Position numbers and translations under genes: made by a program. A stretch of 64,000 nucleotides of DNA. It comes from Nitrospirota bacterium. Its GTDB lineage: Bacteria; Nitrospirota; Thermodesulfovibrionia; Thermodesulfovibrionales; JdFR-86. Positions 40,779-50,166 of the stretch are shown piece after piece. The notes beneath the pieces were generated by a model that searched no databases, was not told where the DNA came from, and saw only the letters and a program-made list of their open reading frames with translations. Each line of letters begins with the position of its first letter. Position 1 is the stretch's first letter. The stretch lies in contig CAVRJY010000001.1 of NCBI GenBank assembly GCA_963721805.1, positions 1,056,001 through 1,120,000 of the forward strand, read 5' to 3'.

Positions 40779-42179
40779 ATGAAAATAGAAAACAAGATCC
40801 TCCTTTCGAACACCCTGAGCCTGGTGCTCATCGCCGTGATCGGCCTGTTTGCGATCAGGGAGACGAACCTCGTGCTGACGAAGCTCCACTTCGTCGAGAT
40901 CGCGGACGACCTTAACGCCTCGTTTCTCGAGATGCGGCTCTCGGAGAAGAACTATTTCCTCTATAAAGAAGCCGTGGACCTCAGGGACATCCTCGACAAG
41001 CTCGACTCGACCTACGGCACTATAATGTCCGAGCGCGAGAGCATCGAGCTGGCGGTCGGCCGCGATACCATCGACGAGCTTGTCATGCGCCTCAGCGAAT
41101 ACCGCAACGTCGTGGACAAGGTGCTCAAGTCCCAGGGCGACATCAGCGGAGCGCAGGAGCTTGTGCGCGAGAAGGGCAAGGCCCTCAGGACGTTTTCCGA
41201 CGACATCACCAGGGCCGAGCGTGATAACGTAAACCGCCTCGTATATAACGCCGCAAAGCTGATGCTGTTCGGTACGATGGCGGTCATAGTGATCTCGTTC
41301 GTGATCCTCCGGGTCATATCCCGCAAGGTATCGCGCTCGCTCCGCACGGTCGAGACCCTGGCCGAGACGATCTCGCAGGGGGACTTTCACCTCAAGGGCC
41401 TTGACGCCCCGTCAAACGACGAGGTCGGCTCGGTCATCCGCGCGATCAACCAGATGTCCGAGCGGCTGGCCGAGCGCGAGGACGAACTCGTGCAGGCCAA
41501 GAAGCTCTCGTCGCTGGGCATCCTCACGGCGGGCGTGGCCCACGAGCTCACCAACCCGTTAAACAACATCTCGATGACCGCGCAGACATATCAGGAGCTT
41601 TACGCCAAGCTCAGCGAGGCCCAGCGCATATCGTTCATGGCTACGATAGAGTCCGAGACCGACCGCATAAGGGACATAGTGCGCAACCTCCTGGATTTCG
41701 CGAAGCCCAAGGAGCTCGCGCTCCAGCCGATTGACATCAACGAGGTGATACGCCACACGCTCCCGCTCGTGCGGAACATGCTGGAGATATCGAACCTGGA
41801 CCTGGACCTCGACCTCCGGCCCGGCCTTCCGCGCGTGGTGATCGATGAGGGCCAGATACGTCAGGTGCTCGTAAACCTTATAACGAACGCGGCGCAGGCC
41901 TCCTCGCCCCGGATGAGCATCTCGATCTCCTCGAGGCGCGCCGCCGCGGGCGGCGTGGAGGCGTCCGTCTCGGACACCGGCAAGGGCATCCCCCAGGAGC
42001 AGGTCCCGCACCTCTTCGACCCGTTCTTCACGACCAAGGGCGAGGGCGGCACCGGCCTCGGACTTTCGATCAGTTATGGCATAATCAAAAAGCACGGCGG
42101 CGAGATCAGGGTATCGAGCACCGTGGGCAAGGGGTCTACCTTTACGGTAGTCCTGCCCTCGACGCCTGCAGTTAAATGA
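40779..42179 (+). CDS. HAMP sensor histidine kinase (NtrB-like)
   Basis: AGVAHELTNPL, QVLVNLITNA, DTGKG, FDPFFTTK, GTGLGL. Confidence 0.95.
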   Translation: MKIENKILLSNTLSLVLIAVIGLFAIRETNLVLTKLHFVEIADDLNASFLEMRLSEKNYFLYKEAVDLRDILDKLDSTYGTIMSERESIELAVGRDTIDELVMRLSEYRNVVDKVLKSQGDISGAQELVREKGKALRTFSDDITRAERDNVNRLVYNAAKLMLFGTMAVIVISFVILRVISRKVSRSLRTVETLAETISQGDFHLKGLDAPSNDEVGSVIRAINQMSERLAEREDELVQAKKLSSLGILTAGVAHELTNPLNNISMTAQTYQELYAKLSEAQRISFMATIESETDRIRDIVRNLLDFAKPKELALQPIDINEVIRHTLPLVRNMLEISNLDLDLDLRPGLPRVVIDEGQIRQVLVNLITNAAQASSPRMSISISSRRAAAGGVEASVSDTGKGIPQEQVPHLFDPFFTTKGEGGTGLGLSISYGIIKKHGGEIRVSSTVGKGSTFTVVLPSTPAVK

Positions 42180-42190
42180 TGGAGGGAAAC

Positions 42191-42550
42191 ATGAACAGCG
42201 TAATGATCATCGACGACGAGAAGATTGTGGGCGACATGGCCAAGCTCTCGCTCGAACAGGAAGGCTACGAGGTCGAGACGTTCACGAACGCAGAGCCCGC
42301 GCTTAAGCGGCTCGGCGAGCGCGCCTTTGACATCGTGGTCACGGACTACAAGATGAAGGGCATCGACGGCATGGAGGTGCTGAGGACGATCAAGCGGCTC
42401 TACCCTGGGACCAAGGTCATAATGATCACGGCGTTTGCGAACCTCGACACCGCTATCGAGGCCCTGCGCGCCGACGTCTTCGATTTCTTCCCGAAGCCGG
42501 TCAAGATCAAGGAACTCAAGGAATCGATCAAAAAAGCGCTCGCGGCCTGA
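42191..42550 (+). CDS. Single-domain response regulator
   Basis: IIDDE, VVTDYKM, MITA, KP. Confidence 0.92.
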   Translation: MNSVMIIDDEKIVGDMAKLSLEQEGYEVETFTNAEPALKRLGERAFDIVVTDYKMKGIDGMEVLRTIKRLYPGTKVIMITAFANLDTAIEALRADVFDFFPKPVKIKELKESIKKALAA

Positions 42551-42556
42551 TCCGGC

Positions 42557-45088
42557 ATGGACCACGCCTCGCCGTTTCGCGATGCCGTCGGGAAGCTCAT
42601 GCGCAAGGTCATGCCCCGGCGCGGCCGCGACGTCTCGGCCGTGTTCGAGGAGTTCCGGCTGGTGCTCGCCGCAAACAGCGAATCGCTTGACGCCATCGCG
42701 GATATGACCGACAAGCTCGGCGGCGAGTACATCTTCGACGCGGTCTACGTGCTTAACGCGAGCGACGCGATAATCTCGAAGGTCGGCCGCTCGGTCGAGG
42801 CCTTCCGCGCACTCACCGAGGGCCGCTACGACCTGGACGGCCCGTTTGCCTCGATCTCCTCCGCCATCGGCCGCATAGCCCGCGAGACTCGCTACGAGGG
42901 CACGCCCTCATACGTGCTCTCTTATCCTGATATAAGCTGGGAGCACTCGCAGGACGTCGGCGGCAAGAACTACCACCTCGCGCGGATGTCCCAGGCTGCC
43001 GGGCTCCACGTACCCGAGGCCTTCGCTATCACGGTCTCCGCGTTCGACCGGTTCATCAGCCATAACCACCTTGAAAATGCCATGGCCTCATGCGCCGGCG
43101 CAGAGGCATGCGCCATAGACGAGCTCAGGCGCGCGATAGCGGACGCCGAGGTCCCGCCCGAGGTCGCGGCGGAGATAACCTCCGCTCTGGCGCGTATGAG
43201 AGCGACCTGCCCCGAACCGTGCTTCCTCGCCGTCCGCAGCAGCGCCGAGGAGGAGGACGGGGAGTTCAGCTTCGCCGGACAGTTCGATACCGCCCTTAAC
43301 GTCCCGGCCGAGCCCGGCCCTGTGATGGACGCTTACAAGCGTGTGCTCGCGAGCCTGTATTCCGAGCGCTCGGTGGCATATCTGCGCGGGCTCGGGTATC
43401 CGCTAGGCTCGCTTCGGATGGCAGTGGCGTGCGTGCGTATGGTAGATGCGCGCTCAAGCGGCGTGGTCTATACCGCGCAGGCCGCGGGCAGGCAGGACCA
43501 GATCGTGGTAAACGCGGTCTGGGGGCTCGGAAACCGCCTCGTGGAGGGTGGGGCAGAGGCCGACCTCTACGTGTTCGAACGCGGGCCGCTCCGCCTTGGC
43601 GAGAGCCGCATAGCGGACAAGCCTATCAGCGTCTCCGCATCCTCTCAGGGCGGCGTCGCGGACGTCGATACCCCGGCCGGGATCAGAAATGCGCCTTGTC
43701 TCACGGACGCAGAGGCGATGGCGCTCGCGCAGGCGAGCCTCGATATCGAGCGCATGTTCCACGGCCCGCAGGACATCGAGTGGGCTATGGGCCAAGACGG
43801 CATGCTTTACATGCTGCAGGCCCGGCCGCTCAAGGTCGAGGAGCGCGCCAACGGAGGCGGGGCGCGGGCGGCCACGGGCGAGGCGCTGCTGCGCGATACC
43901 GGCTCGGTCGTACAGCCGGGCGTCGCGGCCGGGCGCGTCGTCATTCTTACGAACCCCAAGGACCTCGAGCGCGTCGCTCGCGGGAGCATCCTCGTTGCGA
44001 AGGCGGATTCGCCGCAGTTCATCGTAGCGATGCACCGCCTCGCTGCGATCATCACCGACAGCGGCTCGCCGACCGGGCATATGGCCTCGCTCTGCCGCGA
44101 GCTCCGCGTCCCCGCGGTGGTCAACACGCGCGCTGCCACGCACCTGCTTAGGGACGGGGCCGAGGTGACCCTGCACGCTGACACCGAGGGGCATTACGCT
44201 ATTTTCGAGGGCATAGACGAGGCGCTGCTGCGCAGCGCCGGGGGCTCGCGCGCCGAGGTCGAGCGCCTGTACGAATACCGCAGGAAGCGCTCGATCATGC
44301 GCTTCGTGACGCCGCTGAACCTCGTTAACCCTCTAGTGGACGACTTCCGGCCCGAGAGGTGCGAGACCCTGCACGACCTCCTCAGGTTCATCCACGAAAA
44401 AGCCGTGCAGGAGCTGATCGCGGTCTCCTCCCAGGCCGACCGGTCCAACAAGCCCCGCGACCTGAGCCTCCCCGTGCCGATGCGCATGAAGGTCATCGAC
44501 ATAGGCGGGGGCATAGCCCCGTCGTCCCCGGCGCATACCATGGAGGTGGGCGAGATCGTATCGGAGCCGCTTCGGGCCATAGTCGCCGGGATGGTGCGCG
44601 AGGGCGTATGGAAGCTCGGCCCGGCGGCCATGGGCGTGGGGGACTTCATGACGAGCATGATGCGCACCGACGACATTACCCAGCGCGGCGAGGACTACCT
44701 CGTAAACAACGTCGCGGTCGTCTCGGGCGAGTACATGAACCTGAGCCTCAGGCTCGGGTACCACTTCAACCTCATCGACTGCTACGCGAGCGGGCACGCG
44801 GCCCACAACCACATCTACTTCAGGTTCTTCGGCGGCGCGACGGACATGACGAAACGCTCGCGGCGCGTCAGGATGATCGAGACGATACTCAACGAGATAG
44901 GCTTCATATCGGACGTCAAGGGAGACCTGATCGTGGCCCGCATCTCGGGGCTCGAGAAGCCGGAGGTCCTGCGCATCATCGAGAGGCTGGGGTGCCTGGT
45001 GGCGTTCACCAAGCAGCTAGATACAGAGCTCGTAAGCGACGAGTCAGCCGCGGCCCATGCAAGGGAATTTTTGGAGCAGTATCCTTAA
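42557..45088 (+). CDS. PEP-synthase/PPDK-like dikinase: ATP-grasp domain, phospho-His swivel domain and non-canonical C-terminal domain
   Basis: VGGK, AVRSSA..ED..SFAGQF, QDIEWA, LQARP, GSPTGHMASLCRE; no recognisable pyruvate-binding TIM barrel. Confidence 0.85.
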   Translation: MDHASPFRDAVGKLMRKVMPRRGRDVSAVFEEFRLVLAANSESLDAIADMTDKLGGEYIFDAVYVLNASDAIISKVGRSVEAFRALTEGRYDLDGPFASISSAIGRIARETRYEGTPSYVLSYPDISWEHSQDVGGKNYHLARMSQAAGLHVPEAFAITVSAFDRFISHNHLENAMASCAGAEACAIDELRRAIADAEVPPEVAAEITSALARMRATCPEPCFLAVRSSAEEEDGEFSFAGQFDTALNVPAEPGPVMDAYKRVLASLYSERSVAYLRGLGYPLGSLRMAVACVRMVDARSSGVVYTAQAAGRQDQIVVNAVWGLGNRLVEGGAEADLYVFERGPLRLGESRIADKPISVSASSQGGVADVDTPAGIRNAPCLTDAEAMALAQASLDIERMFHGPQDIEWAMGQDGMLYMLQARPLKVEERANGGGARAATGEALLRDTGSVVQPGVAAGRVVILTNPKDLERVARGSILVAKADSPQFIVAMHRLAAIITDSGSPTGHMASLCRELRVPAVVNTRAATHLLRDGAEVTLHADTEGHYAIFEGIDEALLRSAGGSRAEVERLYEYRRKRSIMRFVTPLNLVNPLVDDFRPERCETLHDLLRFIHEKAVQELIAVSSQADRSNKPRDLSLPVPMRMKVIDIGGGIAPSSPAHTMEVGEIVSEPLRAIVAGMVREGVWKLGPAAMGVGDFMTSMMRTDDITQRGEDYLVNNVAVVSGEYMNLSLRLGYHFNLIDCYASGHAAHNHIYFRFFGGATDMTKRSRRVRMIETILNEIGFISDVKGDLIVARISGLEKPEVLRIIERLGCLVAFTKQLDTELVSDESAAAHAREFLEQYP

Positions 45089-45134
45089 AGCGAGGGCATC
45101 GCATCCCTTTGAATAACAGCCGCGGCCGGTGACT

Positions 45135-45656
45135 CTATTCGTCGCCCAGGTTAGCCTCGCCGCCATTGTCGGAGGCTTCACCGGTTTTATCCTTCCGAGC
45201 GCGTTTCTTCTGCTCAAGCTCCTCGCGCCACTGCTCTATGGTGCTGTCGTGGAGCGCCAGCGCCTCTTTCGCCCTGTCCGGCATGACCTTTGAGCAATAG
45301 GCCATAACCTTCGCGGCGAGCTCATCGGGCTCGAAGGGCTTGACGATATACCCGCATATGCCGAGCCTTACGAAGGACATGACGTCGTCGCCTTTCGAGA
45401 GCGAGGTGACCATCACTACCTGCGTGGCCTTGTCGTTGCATACCTTGCGGATCTCCTTCAGCACGCTGTAGCCGGTCATCACCGGCATCACGCTGTCGAG
45501 CAATATCAGCTCGGGGTGGGATTTCTTGTATGACTTGAGCGCGTCCTCGCCGTTTTCGACCATCTCGATATCAAACGCGTGGCCGCTCAGGGACTGCTCG
45601 TACAGGTCCCTTACCAGTGCGTCGTCCTCGGCGATAAGCAGTTTCAGTTTTTCCAT
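45135..45656 (-). CDS. Response regulator (REC plus charged tail)
   Basis: IAEDD, LLDSVMP, KPF. Confidence 0.85.
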   Translation of the reverse strand: MEKLKLLIAEDDALVRDLYEQSLSGHAFDIEMVENGEDALKSYKKSHPELILLDSVMPVMTGYSVLKEIRKVCNDKATQVVMVTSLSKGDDVMSFVRLGICGYIVKPFEPDELAAKVMAYCSKVMPDRAKEALALHDSTIEQWREELEQKKRARKDKTGEASDNGGEANLGDE

Positions 45657-45731
45657 TGTGGCGCGCTCCTCGTTAAGATCATATCATGTATGACAGGTCC
45701 GTTTCCGGGCATGGCCGGTATCTGCCGGGCC

Positions 45732-47363
45732 CTACAGGCCACCGCTTAAAACCACCGCGTTTCTGCCTCCGTGTTTTGCGGCGTAGAGCGCCTTGTCGCT
45801 CTCGGCCATCAGGGTGAGGACGTCATCGAACTGCGGAAACGATGCGATGCCGCAGCTGAAGGTGCACGAAAATTGAGTCTGTCCGGCGGTGTGGACGATC
45901 TGGCCGAAGCTCTTGCGGATGTCGTCGATCACCCTCAGGGCGTCCGCGCCTTTCGTCTCTCCGAGCACTACCGCGAACTCCTCGCCCCCGTAGCGGCCAA
46001 CGACATCGGTGCGCCTGAGCCTTTGCTTAAGGAGCTTCGAGATGCTGACGATCACCTTGTCGCCGACGGGGTGCCCGTAAGTGTCGTTGACCGACTTGAA
46101 CTTGTCGATGTCGATCATCGCGAACGAGACCTCGCCGCCGCTGCGCCGCGCCCTGTCGAGGGCGATGTCGAGCTGTTCCTTGGTCTTCGTGTGGTTTAAG
46201 AGCCCGGTCAGGCTGTCGCAGTCCATCGTGGAGCGGATGTTCCTCATGCGCTCGGCCCTTGCCGTAACGGCCGAGACGAGGTGCTCGGGCTCGATGGGCT
46301 TAGTCAGAAAGTCGTCCCCGCCGGTTTGCATCGCATTTAGCTGGCGCTTCAGGTCGGTTTCGGCCGAGAGAAATACGATGGGGATGCTCAGGTATTGGTT
46401 GTCCTGCCGGATCACCTGAGCGAGCTCGTGCCCCGTGCAGCCGGGCATATACATGTCCATGAGGATGATATCGGGGGCGAAGTCCCCTATGCGCTTAAAG
46501 ACATTCGCGGGGTCGTTTATGACCTCGACTGTCATCGCGGCCTGCCTGAGGACCGCGGCATGGTATTCTGAAAGCTCGACCTCGTCGTCCACGATAAGCA
46601 CGCGGTAAAGCTCTCTTACCTCGGACTGGGTCAGCATGTCGATCTTATCAACGACGGAGAAGACGTTTATGGGCTTCAGGAAATACGCGTCGGCCCCCGC
46701 GCGCACCGCCTTCAGGCGGGACTCGAACTCGTCCATCGCCGAGATGAATATTATCGGTATCTCGTGCTTCGCGCGTATCACGACGGCCGTCTGCGCCCCC
46801 CCGAATATCCCCTCAGGAAACATCATGTCAATGACTATCACCGACGGCGGGGCCTCGTCTACCGCATCCCTCAGGGCCTTGAGCGCCGAGAACCCGCGCA
46901 CCTCATACCCATACTGCGATATCTGGACCGAGAGGCTGTTGAGCAGCTCTGTATCATCCTCCGCGATATAGACGGTCCGGGCGTTCGTGCTATCCACGGA
47001 TTTTATTTGCGTAGGCGAGGCTGAGGGAGAGACGGCAGCCGTCTCAGGCTTGGCGCACACCGGTGGAGTTTCCTGAGCTGGCTCGTCAGGGAATATGACG
47101 GCCTTGAGGGCCGCCGGTATCTCGCCACGGTCGTTGTCCCCGCTCTCGATGCCTTTGAGCACGCGCTCGAGGGCCCTGGCGCGGAGGCCCAGCTCCTTAA
47201 GCCCGAACGTGGCCGATGAGCCCGCGATAGTGTGCGCGGCCCTTATGGCATCGGCAAGGGATTGCGCATCGCCCGCGCTCAGGCAGAGCGATTCAAGCTC
47301 CCGAAGCCGCTCGGGCAGGCTGTCCGTATAGCGTTTTTTCAGCGCCTCAAGCGGGCTGGCCAT
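45732..47363 (-). CDS. Diguanylate cyclase, Hpt-REC-REC-GGDEF
   Basis: AHTIAGSS, two REC domains, DSLTGL, RRTD I-site, GRYGGEEF. Confidence 0.93.
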   Translation of the reverse strand: MASPLEALKKRYTDSLPERLRELESLCLSAGDAQSLADAIRAAHTIAGSSATFGLKELGLRARALERVLKGIESGDNDRGEIPAALKAVIFPDEPAQETPPVCAKPETAAVSPSASPTQIKSVDSTNARTVYIAEDDTELLNSLSVQISQYGYEVRGFSALKALRDAVDEAPPSVIVIDMMFPEGIFGGAQTAVVIRAKHEIPIIFISAMDEFESRLKAVRAGADAYFLKPINVFSVVDKIDMLTQSEVRELYRVLIVDDEVELSEYHAAVLRQAAMTVEVINDPANVFKRIGDFAPDIILMDMYMPGCTGHELAQVIRQDNQYLSIPIVFLSAETDLKRQLNAMQTGGDDFLTKPIEPEHLVSAVTARAERMRNIRSTMDCDSLTGLLNHTKTKEQLDIALDRARRSGGEVSFAMIDIDKFKSVNDTYGHPVGDKVIVSISKLLKQRLRRTDVVGRYGGEEFAVVLGETKGADALRVIDDIRKSFGQIVHTAGQTQFSCTFSCGIASFPQFDDVLTLMAESDKALYAAKHGGRNAVVLSGGL

Positions 47364-47401
47364 GATCCCCTTTCACGGAGTACGGAATATCTGGCAGAGT
47401 G

Positions 47402-47857
47402 CTATGCACGGTCTCTCTCCATGGCCGCCTTCAGGTCTTGCAGTTCCTCTTCGAGCTGGATGTTCCGAAGCTTCATACTGTGGTGCTCGAGCACCCGCCC
47501 GGCCCAGAATATGACCGTGTCCTGGATGTTCTCGTCCTTTACGAGGTAATCGTCCGCGCCGCTTCGGATCGCCTCCATGGCCGAGGATACCTCGCTGTTG
47601 CCAGTTAGCATGATGACCGGGGTGTCGATGCCGTCGGCGCGTAGCTTCCTTACCAGCTCGATGCCGCCCATGCCCGGCATGTTCATGTCCGTGACGATCA
47701 GCCCAAACGCCGCGCCCCCGGAGACCTTCCTGTATGCGTCCTCGCCGGTTGCGGCCATCTCGGTGGCGAAGCCCGCGCCTTCCAGTATCATCGCGAGCAT
47801 CTCGCAGACAAACGGGTCGTCGTCGACGATCAGCGTCCTCGTGCCCTGCTCGATCAT
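47402..47857 (-). CDS. Response regulator (REC plus coiled coil)
   Basis: IVDDD, VTDMNMP, GADDYLVK. Confidence 0.9.
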   Translation of the reverse strand: MIEQGTRTLIVDDDPFVCEMLAMILEGAGFATEMAATGEDAYRKVSGGAAFGLIVTDMNMPGMGGIELVRKLRADGIDTPVIMLTGNSEVSSAMEAIRSGADDYLVKDENIQDTVIFWAGRVLEHHSMKLRNIQLEEELQDLKAAMERDRA

Positions 47858-47876
47858 CTAGGTCTTTCCCCTCTCC

Positions 47877-50165
47877 TCATCCGGCCAGGTTGCGTATCGT
47901 GTCTATGAGGTTGCCCTTGTCAAAAGCCCCCTTTACGATGTACGCGTCCGCCCCGACGGCTATGCCCCTGCGCTTGTCCTCTTCCTTCTCGCGCGAGGTC
48001 ACTATAATGATCGGAGTCGCCTTATACGCATCGTCGTCGCGGAGCTTCTTCGTGAGCGAGAAGCCGTCCATGCGCGGCATGTCGACGTCCGTCACGACCA
48101 GGTCGAACTTCGTCCCCGCCGCTTTCTCTATAGCGTCGAGGCCGTCCTCGGCCACCGTGACGTGATAGCCGTATGCCTCAAGGATGCTTTTTTCGATCTC
48201 GCGCGTGTTGATCGAGTCGTCGACCACGAGGATGCGGATGGGCTTGATCCCGACCCCCTCGCCGGGGGCGGCCTGCTCAGTGCGCGCGTCCCTGAGATGC
48301 TTCGATGCCTCTATCAGTGCGGGCACGTGCAGGACGTTTATGATCTCGTTGTTCGCGGCTATGATGACGCCCGAGACCTTCATGATGGCGTTGAGGTGCC
48401 GGGGCAGCGGCTTTATCACGACGTCTTTCTCGTCTACGAGGCTGTCGGCTATAAGCCCGAGCCTCTCGCCGCCCGTGCTCACTATGACCGCTATCGCGTT
48501 GCCGTCCCCCCTGCCGCGCGCGGGCATATCCAGCAGGGACTCTATATGCGTTACCGGGATGAGCTCGCTCCGCACGCGGATGGCTTTTTTGTTGACCACG
48601 TCGATCAGCGAGCCGTCGGTTACGTCCCTGATCTCCTCGATGTAGTGCGTCGGAATCGCGATGGTCGACCCGCCGATGCCGAGCATCAGTATGCGCACGA
48701 CCGCGAGGCTCAGCGGCAGCCGCATCGTCACCGCGATGCCCTTGCCCTCGTCGGAGCTGAGCGTGATCGAGCCCTTGAGGTCTTCGACTATGTTTTTCTT
48801 CACGACGTCCATGCCGACGCCCCGGCCCGAGACGTCGGTGATGATCTCGTTCGTGCTGAACCCTGGCGTGAAGATCAGGTTCGTGATCTCGGCCTCAGAC
48901 ATCGAGGCCAGCTGGGCCTCGCTGAACATCCGGCGCTTGACGGCCTTCTCCCTGATCCTCTGGAGGTTGAGCCCGCGGCCGTCGTCTGTCAGGCGTATGA
49001 CCGCATGGCCGCCCTCGCAGACGGCCGTGAGCACGAGCCGCCCGGCTCGCGGCTTGCCGGCGGCGGCCCGCTCCTGCGGGGACTCGATGCCGTGGTCAAT
49101 GGAGTTTCGTATCATATGCACGAGAGGGTCCGCGATCTTCTCGACGATCTTTTTGTCCAGCTCGATCTCGCTGCCCTCGATGAAGAGGTCGACCTCCTTG
49201 CCCAGGGCGCGCGCGAGGTCGCGCGGTATCCTGTGCAGGGCGTCGAAGACCAGCGAGAGCGGGACCATGCGCAGCATCAGGGCGCGCTCCTGAAGCTCGT
49301 TATTTAATAACTCGCTCGTGTTGACGTCGTCTTTGAACCCCAGGGTCACGGCAGCGGCCTTTTGATGCATGGCGGCAGAGGCTTTGTGCAGCTCCGAGGC
49401 TGCCGACTGAAGATCCCGCCTCGCGGGGGATTCCGGGATCTCCGCAAGTTGCGCGATGAGCCCGTCCAGGGCGCCGGTCATGCGCTTGCTAATGCGCCTG
49501 ATCTCGTGGAGTTCCTGCATGCGGTACTTCAGGCGACCCTCATTGGAGATGATCTCGCCCATAAGCTTTATGAGTTCGTCCAGCTTATCGGTGCTTACGC
49601 GGATCGTATCCGCAGGACGCGCCTTGTGCTCGGCCATCTGAGCCTGCGGTTGCACGGGCGCTGCCGCGGCGGGCCCGGCCGGAGGCGCAGGCGCTTTCGC
49701 TGCCGGTTCGGCGGATGCCGGAGCTGGCTCGGAAGCCTGAGCAATTGCATCGGATGGCGCGGGTGCGGGGGCTGACGGGCCGCCCTCGGATGCGGCCTTC
49801 AGTTCGTCGCAAAGCGCGGCGTTATCCGTCTCGATGGCGGAGCCGGACGCGATATTTTCGACCATTGCCGAGACCGCGTCCACCCCCCTGAAGAGGACGT
49901 CTCCGAGCTCGCGCGTGAAGGGGAGGGTGTTTTCCCTGACCGCGCCGAGCACGTCTTCCATCCGGTGGGCGACCTCGGCTATCTGGGTGAACTTCATCAT
50001 CCGCGACGAGCCCTTGATCGTGTGGGCCGCGCGGAATACCGAGTTTATCGTCTCGCCGTCGGCCGGGTTTTTCTCGATCAGGACGATGCCCTCGTTGATC
50101 TTCTGTATCAGGTCGCGCGCCTCCTCGACGAACCGCGCGATGAACTTTGTCATGTCAAGCGCCAT
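47877..50165 (-). CDS. cheA: Hybrid CheA kinase (Hpt-HATPase-CheW-REC)
   Basis: FRAAHTIKG, HMIRNSIDHGIE, SGRGVGMDVV, C-terminal REC. Confidence 0.95.
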   Translation of the reverse strand: MALDMTKFIARFVEEARDLIQKINEGIVLIEKNPADGETINSVFRAAHTIKGSSRMMKFTQIAEVAHRMEDVLGAVRENTLPFTRELGDVLFRGVDAVSAMVENIASGSAIETDNAALCDELKAASEGGPSAPAPAPSDAIAQASEPAPASAEPAAKAPAPPAGPAAAAPVQPQAQMAEHKARPADTIRVSTDKLDELIKLMGEIISNEGRLKYRMQELHEIRRISKRMTGALDGLIAQLAEIPESPARRDLQSAASELHKASAAMHQKAAAVTLGFKDDVNTSELLNNELQERALMLRMVPLSLVFDALHRIPRDLARALGKEVDLFIEGSEIELDKKIVEKIADPLVHMIRNSIDHGIESPQERAAAGKPRAGRLVLTAVCEGGHAVIRLTDDGRGLNLQRIREKAVKRRMFSEAQLASMSEAEITNLIFTPGFSTNEIITDVSGRGVGMDVVKKNIVEDLKGSITLSSDEGKGIAVTMRLPLSLAVVRILMLGIGGSTIAIPTHYIEEIRDVTDGSLIDVVNKKAIRVRSELIPVTHIESLLDMPARGRGDGNAIAVIVSTGGERLGLIADSLVDEKDVVIKPLPRHLNAIMKVSGVIIAANNEIINVLHVPALIEASKHLRDARTEQAAPGEGVGIKPIRILVVDDSINTREIEKSILEAYGYHVTVAEDGLDAIEKAAGTKFDLVVTDVDMPRMDGFSLTKKLRDDDAYKATPIIIVTSREKEEDKRRGIAVGADAYIVKGAFDKGNLIDTIRNLAG

Positions 50166-50166
50166 A

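Noticed and set aside
42557..45088. Canonical ppsA/ppdK
   Set aside because: The C-terminal PEP/pyruvate-binding barrel motifs are not recognisable, so no gene symbol was assigned.
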